Of a DNA stretch of 64,000 nucleotides, positions 25,801-36,670 are shown piece by piece. The notes beneath the pieces are model-generated. The model was not told the DNA's origin and did no database searches. It saw only the letters and a list, made by a program, of their open reading frames with translations. The translations under genes were made by a program, and so were the position numbers. The stretch's first letter is position 1. Every line of letters starts with the position of its first letter. The DNA is from Macrostomum lignano (lineage: Eukaryota): the NCBI GenBank assembly GCA_002269645.1, contig NIVC01000102.1, positions 81,950-145,949 on the forward strand, given 5' to 3'.

Positions 25801-26022
25801 CTACTCGCTGCGGGATGCCTCGACAGATTGCATGAAGGCCACGAACTCGTCCACGTCCAGGCACTCCTTGTCGCCTTTCATCGCCAGCAGATTCTCCATC
25901 TCGGAGTCGTCCATCTCGCCGAAGGCGCTGCGCAGAGCTGTCCGCAGCTCGTCGGAGCTGATGGCGCCGTTGCCATCCTCGTCGAACTGCTGGAAGGCTT
26001 CGCGGTACTTGTCGTCGGACAT
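25801..26022 (-). CDS. Small EF-hand protein D, 73 aa (~8 kDa), single lobe, no intron in the CDS
   Basis: MSDDKYREAFQQFDEDGNGAISSDELRTALRSAFGEMDDSEMENLLAMKGDKECLDVDEFVAFMQSVEASRSE-stop; start context CATCATGTCCGACGACAAGTA is identical to gene C. Confidence 0.87.
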   Translation of the reverse strand: MSDDKYREAFQQFDEDGNGAISSDELRTALRSAFGEMDDSEMENLLAMKGDKECLDVDEFVAFMQSVEASRSE

Positions 26023-27352
26023 GATGAGCTCTGCTTGTTTGTCTTGGCGGATGAAAATAGGACTTGCAGAAGTAACAACACTTGTAACGTGTTTCAATTG
26101 GCGCTTGTGATGTCTGACTGGTTGCAGGCAAATTAAACTAACTTATATACTCGTATTTTTTCATTTGTTTCTCTCGCTCTTTCTATTGTGCCCTCTAATT
26201 CCACGGAGGCTTTGACTTGAAGGCTGCTAAGGCGTGAGTTTTGTACACTCTTGTCCAGTCACGTGCCTATATCGTACATTTTGAGTTAGAAAAAGGGGCA
26301 CAGGGTAAGAAGATAAGGCGCATCTAAAATGAGTCAGTCACCACCAACCCCACCCCTAACCCACCGACCCCCACCCCCACTTTAACCTCTGGTTCTCGCT
26401 TATGATTGGTTGGAGAAATCTGCTATATTACCCAGTGAGTGCAATGTGAACTCTTGTTTCTATTTTTGTAGCTAAATGAATACTGTGCACCAGAAAGAGT
26501 ATCTGTAATGCAAAAACATAAACTAATTGACAGATATTAGGGTCATTTCAATGAAATTTATGAAGTTATTTACCAAGCACTAGATTTTGTTTAAATCCAC
26601 TCTCTGTTTAAAAATAACGGTATTCACACACATGTTGCACGCATTTTTATTTAAAAAAACTCTCTGAATCTAACAGTTAGTGACATATTAAAGTTTCCAG
26701 CCCGGAAATTAGGACAATTTTCTATGAAACCTGGGTGAAAATGGACTTAAATGACGTCTGTTTGGATTACGTACCGCATACGAAAGCGCTAGCTCGTACC
26801 CCATCAGAAAAGCAATCACCAACTCTTGTGATGCTTATTTATAGAATAGTGGAAAATTGCAAGCGGGAAATAGTTGAATCTGTTCTCTTTCATTGTGAAA
26901 ATAGGACTTGGTTGACATAAAAAGAGCAGAAAGCAGAAAATCCTCATAAATAAAAAACTGCTTGCTTTGCTCTGTTCATTGCCTTTTTTACCTCTAAATA
27001 TAGATTTGAACAATATTTCATTGTTTCGACTGCCATGGGTACTGTACATATTTAGAAACAGGCAATGAGAAGTAAAGAGTGCTGGTGTTTCTATAGTACA
27101 TCAAAGTAAAACGCCGCATTAAAGTCAGCAATCGAAACTGCTTTGAAGTCATAGCGATTGAATATCTGGGAGTCTTGAAAAGAGACAAAAGAGACTCGAA
27201 CTACTCAAAAATAGATTGCTTTTAAGCTTCACTAACAAATCAAATCTTTTGTGAAAAAACAATTGGCTGCAAAAAAGTCCTTCAGTTTTAGAAACTGCCC
27301 TAGCTGGTGCATAAATATATGCCTCCGGAAACCACTATTGTTGCAGACAAGC

Positions 27353-28099
27353 ATGAGAACTCACCGACTGATGCAGCTGCTTCTGTACGTACAGCTTCAT
27401 CTCTTGCTGCTACAAGTCTGTGCCACCGCCTGCCCTCCTCCATTCCAGCTCGAGGCCGGCAGGTGCATCTTCGTGAACACGTCGCAGAATTTCACCTGGT
27501 GCGACGCCAACAGGCACTGCGCCGCTCTGGGAGGTGAGCTCATCAACTCTTATGACTCCTTGAAGCTGGTCAGAAACATGCCAAGCGTGGTTTGCCTCTG
27601 CAAGCTGTGGCTCGGCATCACCGACCTGCCGGACGAGAGGCAGACCAGCCGCTCTGGCTGGCACAGGGTCCATGGACGCGGCTTTTTGCCACTAAATGAC
27701 TCGCTCTGGTACCCCGGAATGCCCAATAGTTCCGGAAATCAGGACTGCCTGATAACTTCAGCCACAAGCGACGCTCTACTGATCGACTCCAGCTGCTCAT
27801 TATTCCGAGGATTCGCTTGCGAGCTGTACGCCCCGACTGAGTTCGTCGGCAGTGCCACCTGGAAGGTGACTCCGTTCAAGCAGACCAACTACAATCTTCA
27901 AAATATTTACTGCTACCAGGATTTGAATGACGTGGCAATTCCACTGCAGTGCACTGCTGCAGCTGTGAGGTCCGGCATCAGCAAGCAGGTGCTGTACAAC
28001 AGCAAGCTCAGAACCTGCCGTTTGCTGCAGTTCACCGACTCTCAGGTGGAACAGTCGATTGAGACGAGCTCTGATTGGGTCAAGTTCGGCTTGGTTTAA
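27353..28099 (+). CDS. Secreted C-type lectin-domain protein with a C-terminal PAN/apple-like module (intronless, 248 aa from ATG 27353; alternative ATG 27371)
   Basis: Hydrophobic signal peptide (MQLLLYVQLHLLLLQVCATA), CTLD pattern CPPPF..GRC, TWCDANRHC, LWLGITD, WYPGMPN, QDC, SC..F.CE; C-terminal C..C..YN...C.L; AATAAA at 28111-28116. Confidence 0.85.
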   Translation: MRTHRLMQLLLYVQLHLLLLQVCATACPPPFQLEAGRCIFVNTSQNFTWCDANRHCAALGGELINSYDSLKLVRNMPSVVCLCKLWLGITDLPDERQTSRSGWHRVHGRGFLPLNDSLWYPGMPNSSGNQDCLITSATSDALLIDSSCSLFRGFACELYAPTEFVGSATWKVTPFKQTNYNLQNIYCYQDLNDVAIPLQCTAAAVRSGISKQVLYNSKLRTCRLLQFTDSQVEQSIETSSDWVKFGLV

Positions 28100-28110
28100 C
28101 GGACTTACAA

Positions 28111-28116
28111 AATAAA
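28111..28116 (+). promoter_or_regulatory. Polyadenylation signal of the C-type lectin gene
   Basis: AATAAA 12 bp after the stop codon. Confidence 0.55.
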
Positions 28117-28400
28117 ACATTGCAAACTTAAATTCTTGCGAACTTTGAACTGTTCCACTATTATAAAATATATAATAGGAAAATACCACTAATAGGCGAC
28201 TAATATACCACTAGATTCGGAATTAGTCGAGTCGGAGCTGCAAACTTTAGTTCTGTTTTATTCGATCCTATAAACTGATTCGTAGCTATGGCTTTATTGC
28301 AAAATTATATTGTAATTCAGTACTTCAGTCCGCAGAGTTTCGCTGGGTTTCCAACCAAGGAAACAACGGGAGTTCATTCCCCTTTCACCACATCCAGGAG

Positions 28401-29011
28401 CAGGGGCGTAGCCAGTGGGGGGGGGGCAAGGGGGGCCGTGCCCCCCCCCCCAATCACCAACTCTGGCCTTGGCCCCCCCCCTATAAGAAACTGGCGCCCC
28501 CCCCTAAAAGAAACTGGTGCCCCCGGCCCCTCCTAAAAGAAACTGCATGGCGCCCCCCCCCCCCCCTATAAGAAACTGGCGCCCTGCCCCCCCCCCTAAA
28601 AGAAACTGGTGCCCCCGGCCCCTCCTAAAAGAAACTGGTGCCCCCGGCCCCTCCTAAAAGAAACTGGTGCCCCGGCCCCTCCTAAAAGAAACTGGTGCCC
28701 CCGGCCCCTCCTAAAAGAAACTGCATGGCGCCCCCCCCCCCCCTATAAGAAACTGGCGCCCTGCCCCCCCCCCTAAAAGAAACTGGTGCCCCCGGCCCCT
28801 CCTAAAAGAAACTGGTGCCCCGGCCCCTCCTAAAAGAAACTGGCGCCCCCCCCCCCTATAAGAAACTGGCGTCCCCCCCTAAGAAACTGGTGCCCCCCCC
28901 CTAAAAGAAACTGGCGCCCCCCCCTAAAAGAAACTGGCGCTCCCCTATATGAAGCTGGCGCCCCCTAACTCACGCCCCCCCCCCCAATCAAAGTCCAGGA
29001 GGCACCCCTAG
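28401..29011. mobile_element. Probable MITE-like element (5' CAGGGGCGTAGCCAG) filled with C-rich AAAGAAACTGG[CT]GCCCC repeats
   Basis: 5' end resembles the 15445 element; the right end matches only weakly (GCACCCCTAG); ~28-bp tandem units at 28490-28960. Confidence 0.5.
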
Positions 29012-29814
29012 TTATGGCGTGAAGTTTCCAAACATCTGAAGTGTTCGGCCCTCATGCCCCTAGCGGGTCATTAATTGGTAAAGAACAACCCACCCATCTT
29101 CTGCATGATTATCCGAGTCATGGGCACTCAGACACATGAGCATAGTCAGTTTTGCCAGCAGGGTTCGATTCGATCGTGGAAAAATCTGCAGAAGAGTCAC
29201 CCAACAACGACAACAACAGCAAAATACGTTGTCAAGCGAGTCAAAGAGATGCAAAGACAACGTCAGAGGGCGCGTTTCCGAGCGTGGGCGCAAACGTAGA
29301 TCGCACCGCATCAGCCAGCCGGCAGTCGACGAAACGCCGAGTGCGCGCCTGTACCCGCCTGTAGCGTCAGCTGCGGCACCTCCTGCACCGGCTGCGGGCA
29401 GTAGGACTCGGCTCGGATGATGAGGGCTGCCAGCTGGAGTCACCGACGGCGCAACAGTTCGCTGGGATGGGACAGGCCGGAGCGGCTATAGAGTGAATAT
29501 GGGTGAATTGGTACCCGCTGCTTTCAGGGAGGCTCCGTATGGAATTAGAAATGTGAAACTAAGAAACGGAAATGCTTCCGAGTCTTGCCAGCCATAAAAA
29601 ATCAGTATGAGAACAGCTTTCCATGTGCTGATAGGAACTTGTGTTTCTCAGCCATAAACAAGAGGATTTTAGCGCAGGTGGCACTGAGTGAAATAGAGTT
29701 TCCTCACAGATTCAAATGCTGTCAGGCTGCTAAGTTTTTTCTCTAATTGGGTCAATCTTTGTTGCTAGATTTACGCTTATATTGTGTACCGCCTAATGAG
29801 AAGTAGTTACAAGT

Positions 29815-30975
29815 ATCGCCCATAAAAATCGCCCATCGAAGAATCGCCCATCAAAGAATCACTCATCGAAGAATCGCCCATAAAAGAATGACCCATAAAA
29901 GAATCGCCCGTAAAAGAATCGCCCATCGAAGAATCGCCCATCGAAGAATCGCCCATCGAAGAATCGCCCATCAAAGAATCGCCCATCGAAGAATCGCCCA
30001 TCGAAGAATCGCCCATCAAAGAATCGCCTATAAAAGAATCGCCCATCGAAGAATCGCCCATCAAGGAATGACCCATAAAAGAATCGCCCATCGAATAATC
30101 GCCCGTCCAAGAATCGCCCATCGAAGAATCGCCCATAAAAGAATGACCCATAAAAGAATCGCCCGTAAAAGAATCGCCCATCGAAGAATCGCCCATCGAA
30201 GAATCGCCCATCAAAGAATCGCCTATAAAAGAATCGCCCATCGAAGAATCGCCCATCAAGGAATGACCCATAAAAGAATCGCCCATCGAATAATCGCCCG
30301 TCCAAGAATCGCCCATCGAAGAATCGCCCATAAAAGAATGACCCATAAAAGAATCGCCCGTAAAAGAATCGCCCATCGAAGAATCGCCCATCAAAGAATC
30401 GCCCATCGAAGAATCGCCCATCGAAGAATCGCCTATCGAAGAATTGCCCATCAATGACCCGCCCATCAAAGAATGGCCCATAAAAAAATCGCCCATCGAA
30501 GAATCGCCCATCGAAGAATCGCCCATCGAAGAATTGCCCATCAATGAATCGCCCATCGAAGAATCGCCCAACGAACAATCGCCCATCAAAGAATCGCCCA
30601 TCGAAGAATCGCCCATCGAAGAATCTCCCATCGAAGAATCGCCCATTAAAGAATCGCCTATAAAAGAATCGCCCATCGAAGAATCGCCCATCAAGGAATG
30701 ACCCAAAAAAGAATCGCCCATCGAAGCATCGCCCATCAAAGAATTACCCATCGAAGAATCGCCCATCGAAGCATCGCCCATCAAAGAATTACCCATCGAA
30801 GAATCGCCCATCGAAGAATCGCCCATCGAAGAATCGCCCATCGAAGAATCGCCCATCGAAGAATCGCCCATCGAAGAATCGCCAATCGAAGAATCGCCAA
30901 TCGAAGAATCTCCCATCGAAGAATCGCCAATCGAAGAATCGCCAATCGAAGAATCTCCCATCGAAGAATCTCCCT
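29815..30975. repeat. 15-bp minisatellite (GAAGAATCGCCCATC), ~77 units
   Basis: Direct reading; gives MGDSS-repeat (minus) and RRIAH/EESPI-repeat (plus) ORFs. Confidence 0.95.
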
Positions 30976-31844
30976 TTTCTCCAATCAGCAGCAGTCAATT
31001 GCCCTTTTCAGGAGATCAAGTATCACACAAAAGCCCTTTTCTGCAGTAATGTTTTTCAGTTACCACTTAAAAAGGTTTCGTTTGCAAAGTGTTTTTTTTA
31101 CTTAAATCGCAGAGTTGAAAGTGCAAGCGCAAAGGATTAGTTTTTACTTTCTAGCATGCTGCACGGCTCTTCAAAACGACAGACTACATCACAATTTCTG
31201 TCCGCACGGGTCACGTCTGACTGACAGGGAGAGCTGCTGCCCACAGCCTTCCAGTCAATCTGGACGAGATTTTTGAAACTTTCATGCCGCCCTCGAATCG
31301 TATCAATCAAATCTGGAGAGGTCCAGCGCTCCTTGGCCTATCTTGTGATTTTTTCTCTAGCGAGAACTGCAGTGTCGGTCTGAAAGATAAACATTTAACA
31401 GCTGGCATTTCGAAGCTGCAGTGTTTCCGTTTTCACTCCCATACCTTCGCAATGAACTACTTTGGGAAGTTATCCCTCGTCTGTTATTATCATTATAGTT
31501 ATTTTTTATATGTACACGCCGAGAGTGCTGACTTTTATATTTTATGATATTATGATATTACTTTAGGCGTACTTATTGGCTAGTTCGGGCAGGTCCTATT
31601 CCCGTAAAGGATCTTTCGGTAATGTGATTTTTGGTAAAACCTGCCCTAAAACGTAGTTTCTCTCCCCTTCTTCTTGAGTAGTCCTTGATTTTGGATTGGA
31701 AACTTCTAGGACATGCTTTTCGGCTGACTAGTGCTATTTGAAGCTGTAGTAATAGTGACTTTGCTTTGAAGCTTTCTCTACTCTTTGTCTCTCTTTACTA
31801 CACTTATATGTAACTGAGGGACATTTTTGAATGACTACTATTGG

Positions 31845-32290
31845 TTTTGTCAGCCTAACTGAGAATAAAGCCATCCAAAGTGAGAATCCTGCCTACGCTG
31901 ACTGCGAAGGGCCTGGCTGCGTGCAGCCTTAGTCTATGGGCCATAGACAATAAAGGACAAGCAAAGTGATAAAAAGCCATCCAATGTGAGAATCCTGCCT
32001 ACGCTGAATACGAAGGGCCTGGCTGCGTCCAGCCTAGTCTATGAGCCATAGACTATAAAGGATAAGCTAGGATTGGCTAGTCATATGGCTCAGAAGCTCA
32101 GAAGGTATAAAAATAAAAGAATACGACGCATAGACCAATCGATTCTCACATTGGATGGCTTTTTATCACTTTGCTTGTCCTTTATTGTCTATGGCCCATA
32201 GACTAAGGCTGCACGCAGCCAGGCCCTTCGCAGTCAGCGTAGGCAGGATTCTCACTTTGGATGGCTTTATTCTCAGTTAGGCTGACAAAA
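31845..32290. repeat. Perfect 150-bp inverted repeat (31845-31994 / 32141-32290) with a 146-bp spacer (foldback structure)
   Basis: Arms checked base by base as exact reverse complements. Confidence 0.95.
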
Positions 32291-33223
32291 GCAATACCAA
32301 TGCTGACGCAGGGTGCACAGCGGCTTGACTGTCTCATCTTCAGGCATGTACTCTACTGGACCCTGACAGACTCGCTCGAATAGCAGGGCGATGCAGCGCG
32401 AGCACACGTCACCAATGCGGCACTCTGCTTCGATATAAAAAAATTAGTTAATTCCGTTTTAATTTCTCTATCATGCCAAATTAAGCTAATGTAGAAGTTT
32501 CCTTTCCCCCCAGGACAGCCCCAACCGATGCATCTGTTCCAAATTGCAGTTCCAGATGAGTTGCAGATGGCTGCAGTCCCTCGAAGTTATTGATACTTAT
32601 CTTTGCAGAACAGTGCAAGCGCCGCAGTAGCAGCAGCAGCAGACAGCCACCCGGCCTCTTAAACTCTAGCAGCCACCCCCTACCAAAGCGAAATAAACTT
32701 ATTCCCAACACAGATGCCCTTATCCAGCTTGATGTTTGACTGATCGCGGAGACTTTCAGATAAGAGTTTCGAGCCTAAGGCGATGACGCCTGGGAAACTG
32801 TTCCTCTTCCCTCCCCAAATAAGCCCTTTTCCTTTCCTCTCTCCCCCCCACTCTCTCTTCCCCTCTCCTCTCTCTAAGCTGCCTCTATCCCGCGCTTCCG
32901 CTATCCTTCTGCATGGGCAGACGTTCTACACATATTAATCCATAAAACTTCTACGCGGCAGTTCTGCTAGATACACAGAGAGTCAAAGCTAGGGAACGCA
33001 GGCATTTCGTGGCACCCAATTCTTCCTTCAGCCAATCATGCTTTGGTAGTTGTGTGTGGCCAAACAAACTGTATATTTTCTCAGGCACAGTTTGCGGAGC
33101 TCCTCTGCTCGTTTGACAGATTACCCTGTGTTTTACTTACGAGTACAGAATTGCGGAACATTGTAAAAGGACTTGCTTGCCCCATGGGGGCTGGACTTTA
33201 ACTAGGGAAGAAATTCAATTAAA

Positions 33224-36200
33224 ATGGAGGCCGATGACTCTGAACAGTCACATCAGCCTCCGCCAGCTATTCTTGTGGTCACGTGCAGCAGTGCAAATGT
33301 CAGCAAGATCACTGATGAGGCGGCAGCTGCAGAAAGCAAAGAAGCTCACGTCCGTGACGTTGAACAAGACATTAGCACCTGCTTGGCGCAAGATGTTCAG
33401 CCCGATGCTCTGAGCAGTCAGGCGGGTTTGTCTCCATTTCCAACTGTCGAGTTGAACAACGAGTTCGAACTGCAACAGCTGGCCTCATCTGAGACCCAGA
33501 TTGATGGGGCGAATTCATCAGCTGCAGCAGCTGCAACTGCCCCACCTAGGACTGAGACGCCAAAACGATTTTCATTGACGAGACAGCGGATTAGATTCTG
33601 CGTTCGAGAAACTCCAGCCATGTCTCGCGGTGAACAGGTGAGTAATTTTTTCAGTGGCTTTTTAAAGATGCGATTTCTTAGAAAACATGTACTTTTATCT
33701 TATGATTTCTTTTTTGGATTTTTTTATGCGTCACTGGGAATAGGTCTTTTCGTTAATTAAAACGATTGTCATGGTGGGCCATTTCGAATGATTGTCATGA
33801 TGGGTCATTGGGACGATTGTCATGATGGGTCATTGGGACGATTGTCATGATGGGTCATTGGGACGATTGTCTTGATGGGTCATTGGGTCGATTGCCATGA
33901 TAGGTCATTAGGACAATTGTCATGATGGGTCATTGTGGTAATTGTCATTATAGGTCATTGTGGTGATATTGTCATGATGGGTCATTGATGTGATTATCAT
34001 GATGGGTCATTGTGGTGATATTGTCATGATGGGTCATTGATGTGATTATCATGATGGGTCATTGTGGTGATATTGTCATGATGGGTCATTGGGGTGATGT
34101 CGACAAGATGGTTCACTGTGGTGAATGTCATGAAGGGTCATTGAGGCGATTAACCACCCTATCTGTCTTCCTCTACATGTAATACTGCAACAAATTTCAG
34201 GTTCGCTTTCTAAGAAAATTCCGTTTCGGAGACACGTACAAATTGAAAGACCGCAGCTGGCTGATACCGCAGTTCCTATCGGGTGCTCTCACGTTGATGG
34301 GTGTCGTGCTATTCCTTGTAGGCATCATCAGCTTGCAGATTAACAAATATTTACACGCGTAAGTTCACACCACGGTATCTGGTTACGCTGACATGAATAA
34401 CCGCATTGGAAATCAATTCTCAATTTTGGTTACTTTTTTAGCTGCGACGCTGAGGATGGAATCGACTGCAAGAGCAACACGGCAAAAATCAATAAGTAGG
34501 TCATCGGTGCAACTACGAGTAATTCGTGCATCTGAGTTCTTTCTTGTCTACTTACAGTAGCAATAACAGAAAATGTTGAATTTTATTTTTCTTTAGCGTG
34601 ATGATGCCAATCGGAGTCGGGACCACGGGTGGCGGCCTGTCGCTAATCCTAATCTCCGGATTTGTGTTCGTGCACGCTTTCTGCGTCATCTATGAGGATG
34701 CTGATAATGAGGTGAGATGCCTGGAATAAGATAATCAGGGAGATACCTGGAAGATGATCGGGGAGATGCCTGGAATAAGATAATCAGGGAGATACCTGGA
34801 AGATGATCGGGGAGATGCCTGGAAGACTATCGGGGAGATACCTGGAAGACTAACGGGGAGATGCCTGGAAGACTATCGGGGAGATACCTGGAAGACTAAC
34901 GGGGAGATACCTGGAAGACTATCGGGGAGATACCTGGAAGACTATCAGGGAGATACCTGGAAGACTATCGGGGAGATACCTGGAAGACTATCGGGGAGAT
35001 ACCTGGAAGACTATCGGGGAGATACCTGGAAGACTATCAGGGAGATACCTGAAGGACAATGGAAAAGATACTTGGAAGATAATGGGAGAGATACCTGGAA
35101 GACAATAGGAGAGATACCTGGAAGACAATAGGAGAGATACCTTGAAGATAATAAAAGAGAGATACCTGCAAGACAATAGGAGAGATACCTGGAAGACAAT
35201 AGGAGAGATACCTTGAAGACAATGGGAGAGATACCTGTACCATGGAAGATAACGTGAGAGGTACCCGAGAGGCATTTGGGGTGATACCTGAAAGAACCAG
35301 AGGCTCATAGACTCCAGGTGATACCTAAAAAGAAACAGGTTTCTAATATTTAAGGTGTGCCCTCTTGATGTGCAGTTGGAATTTTCGTGTATCGACCAGA
35401 ATTACATAATAAGGCTAACTTAATTTGTAGTGCGGCTGTCACACCTCAGGATAAAAAAAATTCGTAAATGTACTTTAGCTAGATAATTTTCCTGTCACCA
35501 ATACCACAGCCAAATCCCCTGCTATCATTAAACTGATTGCATCGGACATTCGATTTCATTATACCGTACTATATTAGTAATTGCTTTGCCAACCGCAAAT
35601 ATTGATCTAAATAAACAGTCATGCTAAGTAAACAAAATGATTGATTATTTCAGTTGCTATGCGTGTAAATCCGAAAATGTAAGGAAAAAATGTAATCCTG
35701 AGTTCTCACAATGAGATCGTTGGTGATTCGCTGAACCTTCACAATGAGAAGTTGGTGATTCACTGAACCTTCACAATGAGAAGTTGATGAATCACTGAAC
35801 CTTCACAATGAGAAGTTGATGAATCACTGAACCTTCACAATGAGAAGTTGGTGATTCACTGAACCTTCACAATGAGAAGTTGGTGATTCACTGAACCTTC
35901 ACAATGAGAAGTTGCTGATTCAAGAACCTTCAGAACGAGAAGTTGGTGAATTACTGAACCTTCACAATGAGAAGTTGCTGATTCACTGAACCTTCACAAT
36001 GAGAAGTTGCTGATTCACTGAACCTTCACAATGAGAAGTTGCTGATTCACTGAACCCTCATTTAAACCCGCGCGCATCCGCAGGAGGACGGAATTCACGA
36101 CGGCGTGTTGCACATCCCGAAAACTTCGGCCAGAGCGGCTCTGCTGGGATCCAACACCGCTCTGTCTCCGGAGGACATCGCCAGGTGTCAGAGTTACTAT

Positions 36201-36230
36201 GACAACCTGCAGGGCTACGCCGCAAATTAA
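33224..36230 (+). CDS. Uncharacterised two-transmembrane protein, 277 aa. Exons 33224-33637, 34201-34358, 34597-34711, 36084-36230
   Basis: All introns GT-AG with compatible phases (0, 2, 0), total 834 nt. Acidic disordered N-terminus; TM1 LIPQFLSGALTLMGVVLFLVGIISLQI; TM2 IGVGTTGGGLSLILISGFVFVHAFCVIY; AATAAA at 36286. Confidence 0.8.
33790..34140. repeat. ~25-bp minisatellite (ATTGTCATGATGGGTCATTGGGACG), intron 1 of the 2-TM gene
   Basis: Period 25 (33791 to 33816). Confidence 0.9.
34715..35300. repeat. 23-bp minisatellite (GGAGATACCTGGAAGACTATCGG), intron 3 of the 2-TM gene
   Basis: Period 23 (34864 to 34887). Confidence 0.93.
35705..36057. repeat. 32-bp minisatellite (CTTCACAATGAGAAGTTGCTGATTCACTGAAC), same intron
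   Basis: Period 32 (35961 to 35993). Confidence 0.93.
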
Positions 36231-36552
36231 CCATCCGCTGTATATCATGGCGATGGTGGAAATGTTTACGTAGCGTTCGTGTTATAATAAATGCATTCGT
36301 ATGTCCAAAACATGATTAGTTTTATTTCTCTGACATTCAAATATATACAATAAATTGATAAAAGCCGATAAGGCGTTATTGACAGGCAAAAGTCAAATAA
36401 GTGTTGTAAATTTAACGCCATGCTGTCACTCAAACTGACGGGATCGTGCTGTTTGTGACAGTTTGCTGACGGCTTTATTGTGAATGAATGCTTGGGTTAT
36501 GCAAATGGTCACGGCTGGGAATGTGACGGGTGCACTATAATCAGTGTTCATT

Positions 36553-36553
36553 C

Positions 36554-36612
<59 letters not shown>

Positions 36613-36636
36613 CACAAACAGACAGACAGACAGAAC

Positions 36637-36670
<34 letters not shown>
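36553..36670. repeat. (GACA)n microsatellite
   Basis: Direct reading. Confidence 0.95.
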
